A stretch of DNA of 64,000 nt from Trypanosoma brucei (taxonomy: Eukaryota): contig CH464491.1 in NCBI GenBank assembly GCA_000002445.1, positions 2,464,001-2,528,000 on the forward strand, read 5' to 3'. The first letter of the stretch is position 1. The number at the start of each line of letters is the position of its first letter. The notes under the pieces were generated by a model, which worked only from the letters and a program-made list of their open reading frames with translations, made no database searches and had not been told where the DNA came from. This document shows, in pieces, positions 56,475-64,000 of this stretch. The position numbers and the translations under genes are program-made.

Positions 56475-58008
56475 AATCCTCTCCGGCACAATTGCACCAT
56501 GCCTTTTCCAACTCGAGCTCACGCTTCATCGGTAATATGGGAATGGGAAGAGGGTAGTTTGTCAGTAACCTTTCGTGCGACTTTGCTAGCATGTACTCCA
56601 CTTTCCCCTCCACACGTGTGGATATTTTCCCCCAGTTTGAGAACCCTTTCAACGGGCTTTTCCCCTAAGTCCCGGGCGTTACACCCCCACTCCCATGATG
56701 AGCCGTTTTGAGACTTCGCCACGAGACCGCCGGTATAACTCTGCGGTGAGGAGTTCATTATTTTCTTTTGTCCTGCGTCGCCGACGCAACCTCCACGATA
56801 AGAAGAAACCCCCGCTTTCCGCGAATGGGCCACTCACGTCAGTTGTCCACCCTCGCGCGAGGAACCACTTACCAGACGAAGTGAACTTAACAACCACCCT
56901 CGTACGATCTTGTTTTTGTATAAATATTGCCCCTCTTCCCGCACGCAGCTGCGCCAGCTACAGTCCGCGGTGCTCGGAACAAACCGTTTCTCGCTTTTTC
57001 CCGCATCCCTTTACTTTCCGCGCAAGCGCGATCCGAGGACACAATGCACGACTCCAGCTCCGACGATGCACCCACCATTTCCTAGAAACCCCTCCGACAA
57101 TGAATTCCTCACGAAACGCGTCATCTTAGTTCACGAGTCCAAAAACGAGAGATAAGGACAAAAATAATCTTGCAAAAGAGTGAGATGTTACTCAGGTTTG
57201 CACCAACATAAATTGCAGCCACACAGATGGGAAGGGAAGATAAGGGCGTGCGCACGCACGCATTAGTTGGATTCGAACAAACGAACATCCCGTTGATCAA
57301 GCACAATGCACTGACGAAATGGGCTGGCGAGACCGGGCTACTCATCCGCCCACTGCGAGCCGAAGGCAGTTGTCGATAATAGCAGGCACCATTTCGCACG
57401 TAAATTCATTACACAAACACGCAAGCAGTTCCTTCATTTGTTTTGGGTTCCAAGACAGCGCAACCCCGCCGCATTTTGCCCAATTCCCATACCCGCACGC
57501 ACGCACGTGCCACTCCCCGGGAAAAAGTTGGGTCAAGATAACTTTTGCCGAGCGCCTGACGTGTGAACTCGAATCTCCAACATGGTACCTGGAACACTGC
57601 AGTGAGCCGCTAGCGCCACAGTTATTTTCGTTGGGTACATCCCAACTGCTGTGGGAAACACTGCAACCCCGTCCTGTCCCGCGAACTGTCGCCCTAAACA
57701 TGTAGAACCCGTGGCATTTCCACTCCAATGCCGCACCCAATCGGTGATATCTTTCCCGCATTCCATGCGGATGTCAAGTTCATTCGCAAGAGATGCGCCT
57801 TCAAGCCAGCACGCCAACCCCTAGCCCACCATACGACCAAAGACACGGCATTCGCGTGGCTGCATTCAGTGGCGCGTACTCGCAAAACTGCAATGTGTTC
57901 GTAGATTTGTCAACAAAGTGAAAAAAAAATAATAATAATACACTCAATCCCATCATTTGAGTGAACGTGTGCAGTCACTAATTGCCGGTGCGACATACAA
58001 AACAAACC

Positions 58009-58806
58009 TTATTCAAGTTCGCAAAGGATGCTTCGCTCCCAGCTTCCATCGATCGACAAGTCAACAAGCTCCGTGTTAACAACACTCTCCTGCTGCTGCA
58101 TACTCAAAAGAAAATGATGGAGCAAGCGAGGTGCGATAACGTGGGGAGTCGGCTCTGCCCCGCTCAATCCTCGTAGCCGGAGTTCCTCCACTAAAGACGT
58201 CGCTGCTTCGTTCGGCATCTCGCACATAACGATATCGTTGAAGTAAAGCAGATTATTACTCACATTCAGTCCCGCACCATGCATAGAGACCCAATTCCCC
58301 AGTTGAAGCCCGACGAACCCCATCTTTCGTGGTGCCACATCTCCCCAACTGTCGGACCAAACCCCAACCCTCCCTCGATGGGCGGGGATGTTGTATTCGC
58401 CCGCTACGTTAATCATAGCCTGTTCCAACACGGAACTAAACCACTCAATTGGGGAACGTGGTTTGTCAGAAGCCGTGCATTGCTTCCACAGAACCTGCAC
58501 GTTAACAATGGGGTACATAGTTACCTGCCCTGGTCCATGGAATGTGACGCCCCCTCCCCTCCTCGTCTTGACCACCTCGGCGGCACAACCCGCTTTGATG
58601 CCATTGGAAGTGTCTCGCCTGCCAATCGTGTAAACAGGAGACGAATGTTCCACAAGCAAAACAACGTTGGGGATGAGGCGAGCAGATTTGTCTCCACGAA
58701 TGTAGCGCATCTGCCTATCGATTTTCTTTCGAAAAATTGCCTCTTGCAGCCGCAGAACATCGTGGTAACGACGGCTTCCAAGGTTATACGCCCGCATTCC
58801 ATTCAT
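58009..58806 (-). CDS. LIPB: lipoyl(octanoyl) transferase LipB, 265 aa
   Basis: ATG ORF on the - strand. It carries the LipB signature RRGGGVTFHGPGQVTMYPIV, a downstream RKMGFVGLQL (lysine region), and the overall LipB length. Confidence 0.85.
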   Translation of the reverse strand: MNGMRAYNLGSRRYHDVLRLQEAIFRKKIDRQMRYIRGDKSARLIPNVVLLVEHSSPVYTIGRRDTSNGIKAGCAAEVVKTRRGGGVTFHGPGQVTMYPIVNVQVLWKQCTASDKPRSPIEWFSSVLEQAMINVAGEYNIPAHRGRVGVWSDSWGDVAPRKMGFVGLQLGNWVSMHGAGLNVSNNLLYFNDIVMCEMPNEAATSLVEELRLRGLSGAEPTPHVIAPRLLHHFLLSMQQQESVVNTELVDLSIDGSWERSILCELE

Positions 58807-59142
58807 AAGAGGGGGGGACTACATTATTCAAAAAATAAAACATGAAAGTGCGAATGAAAGAGAGAAATGAAGCGCAAGAATCAAAGGTTGGTAATGCAGC
58901 ACACCCCTCAACCCCGGAATGTAAGGAGAATTTTAGCGGTTGTTGGTGTCTTCTTCAATTTACATCGTAATATATGCACATCTATCCTCGTTTTTAGAGA
59001 ACCAAAGGCCACGCCATAATCACCCTCCTTATGTGTTTCTATCATCTTCCTCCTTCATAATTCTCTCTAGAACATAGACAAGTTCCGACATCCAAGGCTG
59101 ACGCGACGACACTCAACATCTAATTGATCATTACCACTTGCC

Positions 59143-61806
59143 TCAATCCCTGCTTCCTTCACTGCCTCGCCCACTGATATCCTCAGTTCCTGACCTTTTC
59201 ATCGCTTCACTGGCTTGGTCACTGCCAATCTCCTCAGCATCTACTTTTGCTGCTTCACTGGTTTGCTTACTCTCCGTGTCCTCGGTGTCTGGATCTTTTG
59301 CTGCTTCGCTTGTTCTCTCACTCGCACCTTCTGTACCAGACCTTTTCATCGCTTCACTGGCTTGGTCACTGCCAATCTCCTCAGCATCTACTTTTGCTGC
59401 TTCACTGGTTTGTTTACTCTCCGTGTCATCGTTGTCTGGATCTTTTGCTGCTTCGCTCGTTTTCTCATTCGCATCCTCTGTATCAGATGGCTTCCGCGCT
59501 TCACTTGTCCATTCACTGTCAATCTCCTCAGTGTCCGCCTCTTTTGCTGTTTCGCTTATCTGTTTACTGCCAATCTCCTCAGTCTCCGCCTCTTTTGCCG
59601 CACCACTCGCCTCGTTGCCTTCAATATCCCCGGTATCTGGATCTTTTGCTGCTTCACTGGCTTGTTTACTGCCAATCTCCTCAGCATCTTCTTCTTTTGC
59701 TGCTTCGCTCGTTTTCTCATTCGCATCCTCCGTATCAGATGGTTTCCCCGCCTCACATGACTGCTCGTCCCCAAACTGTTCATCGGCATATTCTTCATTG
59801 GCAACCTCCTGTGCGGCGCCTTCCTCATCCGCATTGGCACCTCCATCGGCAACAGCGTCCTCAGCAGCGACAGTGTCTTGCGCAATAGGAGGTTCTGTGA
59901 CTTGCCCCTCCTCAACCTCAACGTCACCTTCTCCACCAGCCCCATTCTCAACTGCAGAACGGGAGTGTTGGCTTGTGGAACCCTCGTGCAAACGCGAGGC
60001 GCTACCACCGGGGGCGCCCTCAGCGTGTTCACCCTTTGGAGCCTCAACACCACTGGTACTTCTCATACGCCCAACTGAAGAGGCGGAAGGAGGTGCCCCT
60101 GAGCCACCAAAGTTGTTTTGAGTTGCAACGGATGGCAGGGACAGCTCATGTCCCAGTCCGAGGGAACGTTCGTAGAGGGCAATTATGTCGGCTGAGGCGG
60201 ACAGTTTATCTTCATCTTCGCAGATTCGTTTAGCGTATGGTTCGAGTACTTGCCTGAATTGTTCATCCCCAACATTCTCAACAAACTCCAGCACAAGATG
60301 ATTATCTGACGCCTCTTTCACGTTGAATTTCGTGAACCACGGGGTTAAAACAGTGAACACTCCATTTTCGCCCGTTTCTTCAAGTTGGATCACGTTGGGA
60401 ATCCCACAAATCTCCACCTTAAAGGCAGCCTCCGTTTCTCCACTCGAAGAGAGTCGGCTGAGAGGCGGTAAAACAACTTGGCCTCCTTCCTTGGCGTTCT
60501 CGATCTGGTTCACTTGGCCGGCCTCATCACAACAATAATAAAACGGTTTAGCGTCAGTCACTTCTGACGTGCAGTGGCAGATGACTGTATATGCGAGTGT
60601 GGGGTAGTTTTTGAGTAGCGTACCCCCTGCCAACTCATCCGCCAATTCCTGCCGCACTCCAGTAAGTTCCTCAAGTTTGTCACCGTTGCATGATATCAGG
60701 AGTTGAGCCAGTTTAGCGTAAGCAATGCTTCCAGACGGATATTTCTCTGCCGCAGCGTGACACATAATGTGAATATTTTCCGCAGCGACGTTGCAACCGC
60801 TCAGATAAGCTTCCACAGTGGGTAAATCGGCGACAAGAGCCAGAGCGTCCTCCGCATCCTTCTCCGCCTCCTCACATGACATGAGAACGAACCGGCTGTT
60901 ACCCGAGCCATCCGGCTGTATTGCCAAGACTCGATGCCATATCTCCGGTTTCCATTCTGTACGGGCATCGCAGTGGGAACTGAGCACATTGACGAAGCTC
61001 CCAGTTAGTGCGGTGTCGTCTGCGGGCTGGTCCCCAGACGCCTTGCGTTTGCCGCTATCAGCGGGTGTTTCTTCGCTCTTGCTCAAGAAAGGGAAGACGT
61101 TGATAAAAGCCGTCTCTATCGCCTGACCGGCAGTCCACTTGTCGAGTGCACTGACGCTTACTTTATCACCATCAACACCGATAACCTCCGCAAGAGTACT
61201 CTCCTCTTTAGCAGAGAGAGGCCTGGCCGTCCCGACGTGCTCAAGTATGGCACGCATAAAGGACTCCCAGAAGACTTCAGACTCCCCTTCACCAAAGTAA
61301 CGCCCCCAAAAGTCAAGCAATGGCTTGCTTTCCGTGCACTCCTTGGCGGGTTTTTGGGAGCGGCACAGCTCAATAACGTAATTGATTATCTTGGGTGTGT
61401 TAATGCCCTCTATAGAGGTACGTTTCCTGCCTTCTTTAAAAAATACAAAGTAAGACTTCGATTTTCCGCGCCGGCTCTCAAGGATATCCTTCCAGAACGG
61501 TGCCAAGGATTCTCGAAACTTTACCTTGTCATCTGTTTTCATGTGCTGATGGTGCTCCTCTGTCTGGTCAATGCTCTCGAGAATGGAGTTGCACTCCACG
61601 GAGAGAAAACGAAGATACGCCTGATCAGAAGCGTCCATTTGCAAGCGCCTAAAGGTCTCAGACAGCGCCTTGCTAAGTCCCCACTCGGAACTGTACACAT
61701 CTAGTACCGCCACCCCATGTTGCTCATGTATAAGCCGAAGCTCCTGCTCCAGTTTCACGGCATTTGTGATGTCCTGTACAATTTCTGTGCGGTTTTGCTG
61801 TTGCAT
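59143..61806 (-). CDS. hypothetical protein with a thioredoxin-like N-terminal segment (no CxxC) and an acidic repetitive C-terminus (about 887 aa)
   Basis: The track start at 61824 is TTG; the first ATG is 61806 (MQQQNRTEIV). VAVLDVYSSEWGLSKALSETFRRL resembles a thioredoxin-fold strand-helix but lacks the redox Cys pair. The C-terminal 200 aa are SEAAK/DTE/EEIGS repeats. Confidence 0.7.
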   Translation of the reverse strand: MQQQNRTEIVQDITNAVKLEQELRLIHEQHGVAVLDVYSSEWGLSKALSETFRRLQMDASDQAYLRFLSVECNSILESIDQTEEHHQHMKTDDKVKFRESLAPFWKDILESRRGKSKSYFVFFKEGRKRTSIEGINTPKIINYVIELCRSQKPAKECTESKPLLDFWGRYFGEGESEVFWESFMRAILEHVGTARPLSAKEESTLAEVIGVDGDKVSVSALDKWTAGQAIETAFINVFPFLSKSEETPADSGKRKASGDQPADDTALTGSFVNVLSSHCDARTEWKPEIWHRVLAIQPDGSGNSRFVLMSCEEAEKDAEDALALVADLPTVEAYLSGCNVAAENIHIMCHAAAEKYPSGSIAYAKLAQLLISCNGDKLEELTGVRQELADELAGGTLLKNYPTLAYTVICHCTSEVTDAKPFYYCCDEAGQVNQIENAKEGGQVVLPPLSRLSSSGETEAAFKVEICGIPNVIQLEETGENGVFTVLTPWFTKFNVKEASDNHLVLEFVENVGDEQFRQVLEPYAKRICEDEDKLSASADIIALYERSLGLGHELSLPSVATQNNFGGSGAPPSASSVGRMRSTSGVEAPKGEHAEGAPGGSASRLHEGSTSQHSRSAVENGAGGEGDVEVEEGQVTEPPIAQDTVAAEDAVADGGANADEEGAAQEVANEEYADEQFGDEQSCEAGKPSDTEDANEKTSEAAKEEDAEEIGSKQASEAAKDPDTGDIEGNEASGAAKEAETEEIGSKQISETAKEADTEEIDSEWTSEARKPSDTEDANEKTSEAAKDPDNDDTESKQTSEAAKVDAEEIGSDQASEAMKRSGTEGASERTSEAAKDPDTEDTESKQTSEAAKVDAEEIGSDQASEAMKRSGTEDISGRGSEGSRD
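59192..59747 (-). repeat. coding tandem repeat: two 147-bp units (59192-59338, 59339-59485) plus degenerate related copies to about 59747
   Basis: Direct comparison of the two units shows only a handful of substitutions. The encoded 49-aa unit is SEAAKDPDxxDTESKQTSEAAKVDAEEIGSDQASEAMKRSGTE... Confidence 0.9.
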
Positions 61807-62184
61807 TACCACGCAGTAAAACAAGACACTTATAAGTCAACTGCAGTAAACCTTCTAAGCACTGCACCGTGGAGGGATGTGCGTCGAAGAATTGCGGGGG
61901 AAACGGTAGGAAAGAGATAGTCGAAAGGGGTTGCGGAACATGATAAGCACAGAAAGAATACTGAAATCGGCATTTTTTTGTCAGAGGGGAAAGGAAAAAG
62001 AAAAAGAAAATTTCCCTCCCAGACACATGGAAGATAACTAAATAATACTGATAACAACGAGACACACAACGCACAGTAATCACCAGCGTTTTTCTTCCTT
62101 CCCTTGGCATGGTTCGGTTCCACCCCACATAGATTTCGCATTCAATAAAAGAAAAAAAGAAAACATCATCAATCTTTCCCCCTC

Positions 62185-62194
62185 GGGGGGGGGG
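62185..62194. repeat. G10 homopolymer in spacer
   Basis: Direct count. Confidence 0.9.
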
Positions 62195-62298
62195 AGAGGG
62201 AATGATTGTTTCAAATTCCCCCGCTCCATCCTCACTACAGGGCTACATGCAAGCAAGGTCAACAGTTCACAAACAAACAGACAAAGGAAGGGATCTTT

Positions 62299-62835
62299 TC
62301 AGATGCGGGTCCCACAATTCCAACAGAACTGCGCCGTTGGCCGTCTCTGCTCTACTCCACAGTTTGAACATGCCTTCAGCAGTTCCTGCGCATGGGAGGC
62401 GTCCAGTGGGGGGAGCCGCGACGGCACGCAATTTCTAACGCCCCCGTCACGGCCGTGAGGACACGCGCCGACGGACGCGTTCGCAGGACTGTGAGGAGGC
62501 GAAACACTAACAATCCCTCCTAGCACAGCCCCTTCAGATGCAACGGGGTTTGTGCAACGTAACTTCCCCTTATTATTCGCATGCAGAAGGCGCAAGGATG
62601 GATGTTTACTTTGGGGAGAGGGGAGCTGCAAAGGTTCTTGCGTATTCGCTCCCTGCCGCTGAGCCGCTCCACTCGTGCTGCGCACCCGCGGGGGAGAAGC
62701 GACTGCGTCGCTGGAGTTGCGGCGCTTCGAGGAATGTGTCGCGGGACAAGTAGCTTGAACGTCTTCCCAAATCACTTGCAGCTCCTCCAGTTTCAGTTCC
62801 AACTGGGACAGCTCTACCTTCTCCTCCCCTTCCAT
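62299..62835 (-). CDS. hypothetical protein with an N-terminal coiled-coil-like segment and a C-terminal zinc-ribbon motif, 178 aa
   Basis: ATG ORF. N-terminal MEGEEKVELSQLELKLEELQVIWEDV. C-terminal CSNCGVEQRRPTAQFCWNCGTRI (CxxC-x12-CxxC). Confidence 0.55.
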   Translation of the reverse strand: MEGEEKVELSQLELKLEELQVIWEDVQATCPATHSSKRRNSSDAVASPPRVRSTSGAAQRQGANTQEPLQLPSPQSKHPSLRLLHANNKGKLRCTNPVASEGAVLGGIVSVSPPHSPANASVGACPHGRDGGVRNCVPSRLPPLDASHAQELLKACSNCGVEQRRPTAQFCWNCGTRI

Positions 62836-62940
62836 ACTGAAATTTTTCGATTAGTCAGTATACGCGCATATTCGTGTGACGAACGGCAAGGTGTTGAGAG
62901 AATGAAATAGGGGAGAGAGTACGTAGATGTATGCATTTAC

Positions 62941-62984
62941 AAATAAATAAATACATATATATGTATATATATATATATGTGTGT
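62941..62984. repeat. compound microsatellite (AAAT)3 / AT / GT
   Basis: Direct reading. Confidence 0.9.
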
Positions 62985-63501
62985 ATCAGTGTAAAGGTGA
63001 AAATGAACAAACAAAAAGTGTGGACACGAAAATCGGAGATGAACGACGCCCTCCATCCCGCCCTCGGGGTGCCTGTCCATCACTTGGTAACACGGCAAAA
63101 AGGGAAGAAGCAAATTTCTTTTATCTCCCATATCACATCCCCCACACCGTCAGTGTATGTGTTTCTCCTTCAAGCATTTCCGTTCCTTCCTATACGCATG
63201 TGTGCACACCCGCGCACGTGTGCCGTGACACATCTGGCCAACTTGTCTTATGCCCCTTGCGGTAAAATACGGAAGAAGGAGCTTCGCCCCCTCTTCGCCT
63301 CTTCACCTCCGCCCAGCCGTCAATGTTATACCCTCTGGAGGCAGCGACGCCGACACGGCACCACGGCCGCCACAGCATTACAGAACAACAGCAACAAAAC
63401 ATACAAACAGAAAGAAGAATGAGGGGGAAGAAAAAGAGAGAGAACAGTAATGTCCATTTAGAAAAAATGGCGTCGTTTTTTCTTGCTCTTTTTCATTTCC
63501 T

Positions 63502-64000
63502 TCAGATAGATGACTCTGGATTGAAGAGGTAGTATCGTATCGTGGGAAGCTGATCATTGACGCAGTTCCTCATTCTGCTGGACAGCGTCCAGTTGCACAC
63601 GATGTGGCCGTCGTGGGACTTAACGACGACGCCGCCCAGTGCCTCCTCTGCGTTAAGATATTCTTTACCCATACGGATGCTCACTCGTGTTCCCACTGTT
63701 TTGAGGTACCACTGCTCGAGTTCACTGAGCATGCCGGTAACAATTGGCTCATCATTCTTGCAAGTGTAAACGATGGCGTCCGTGCGCACGGCAGAGAGAG
63801 CTTCATGCAGGATGGAGACTAGGAGCTTTTTGTAGCTGTCAGTGTTCTTCACAAAAGCCATCAGCTTCGTCTTGATATTCTCCTTTAGTTGTTCCACAAT
63901 ATTAGACTGGGCCTCCATGATGCGCAGCCGTTGTGCCTTGGAGAAGTTCGCCCGCGCCACGCGCCGACCGACATCCACCTGTTTTAACTTTTGCTCATTA
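63502..64000 (-). CDS. V-type ATPase subunit E (Vma4/ATP6V1E-like), 5'-truncated by the window edge
   Basis: The reading frame stays open to position 64000 (NEQKLKQVDVGRRVARANFSKAQRLRIMEAQ...), and the track start is only an internal GTG. It is collinear with yeast Vma4 as recalled, including GGVVVKSHDGHIVCNWTLSSRM...LPTIRYYLF. About 55 N-terminal residues lie outside the window. Confidence 0.8.
   Translation of the reverse strand, partial: NEQKLKQVDVGRRVARANFSKAQRLRIMEAQSNIVEQLKENIKTKLMAFVKNTDSYKKLLVSILHEALSAVRTDAIVYTCKNDEPIVTGMLSELEQWYLKTVGTRVSIRMGKEYLNAEEALGGVVVKSHDGHIVCNWTLSSRMRNCVNDQLPTIRYYLFNPESSI

Larger units (their letters stand above)
55295..58008. terminator. convergent strand-switch region, the presumed RNA pol II termination zone between two polycistronic units
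   Basis: The last + strand stop is at 55294 and the last - strand stop is at 58009. There is no credible ORF, tRNA or snRNA between them. The G/C skew changes sign near 56480. The role in termination is inferred from what is known of kinetoplastid convergent strand-switch regions. Confidence 0.7.

Noticed and set aside
55735-56522. ORFs inside the strand-switch region: 55735-56196(+) 153 aa, 55893-56522(-) 209 aa, and many 60-140 aa ORFs in all frames between 56.5 and 57.9 kb.
   Set aside because: Both strands and several frames are open simultaneously, which is a composition effect of the skewed C- or G-rich, stop-poor sequence. There is no homology and there are no processing signals. I also considered a frameshifted pseudogene or degenerate retroelement, but no recognisable RT, endonuclease or known gene remnants could be read.
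57262-57300. A tRNA-like T-arm on the - strand. The + strand reads ttggattcgaacaaacg, whose reverse complement contains GTTCGAATCC.
   Set aside because: The T-stem has a mismatch. No acceptor stem, D-arm (A box) or anticodon arm can be folded from the surrounding ~75 nt. The only pairing I found is a short hairpin unrelated to a cloverleaf. It is at best a decayed tRNA fragment.
49538-58806. An apparent cofactor or metabolite neighbourhood (Ppd-like, COQ2, LipB) as a functional operon. Likewise VPS15 and the PX/FYVE kinase as a PI3P module.
   Set aside because: Kinetoplastid polycistrons are not organised by function. LipB lies in a different, convergent transcription unit. The PI3P-related genes are 22 kb apart with unrelated genes between them. 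Coincidence is the simplest explanation.
1-64000. Prokaryote-style features: CRISPR arrays, defence islands, operon promoters and terminators, rRNA operons.
   Set aside because: The gene content (proteasome, VPS15, V-ATPase, WD40, kelch and PX domains) and the organisation are eukaryotic and kinetoplastid. I found no short direct repeat and spacer arrays, and no rRNA-like sequence.

Overview
This 64-kb window reads as a housekeeping (core) region of a kinetoplastid chromosome, most likely a Trypanosoma species. The genes are intron-less long ORFs packed head-to-tail. Pyrimidine tract plus AG signals sit upstream of start codons, and the spacers carry AT/AAAT microsatellites and homopolymers. 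Nineteen confident genes plus one tentative small ORF lie on the + strand (909-55294). At least four genes lie on the - strand (58009-64000). The two directional clusters converge on a 2.7-kb gene-free strand-switch region (55295-58008). I found no tRNA, rRNA, CRISPR array or intact mobile element.

Recognisable products are VPS15, an NSUN5-type m5C RNA methyltransferase, proteasome RPN2, a PX-FYVE AGC kinase, a TruD/PUS7 pseudouridine synthase, an RTEL1/FANCJ-type Fe-S helicase, a kelch protein, a phosphonopyruvate-decarboxylase-like ThDP enzyme, COQ2, LipB and V-ATPase subunit E (partial).

Most noteworthy observations:
1. A 416-bp inverted repeat pair, 415/416 identical (24452-24867 and 52818-53233), brackets 27.95 kb and 11 housekeeping genes inside a single polycistron.
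2. A 353-aa protein has the layout of the ERMES SMP-domain protein Mdm12, a complex I recall being reported absent from kinetoplastids.
3. An active AGC kinase is fused to PX, FYVE-like and bacterial-type lipocalin-like domains.
4. A bacterial-type phosphonopyruvate decarboxylase-like gene sits next to a COQ2 that has a long C-terminal extension.
5. The G/C skew changes sign at a G15 tract in the middle of the convergent strand-switch region.

All homology calls come from motif and collinearity recognition by eye against remembered sequences. No database search or computation was possible. The ORF track uses non-ATG starts, so several N-termini were re-set to in-frame ATGs.
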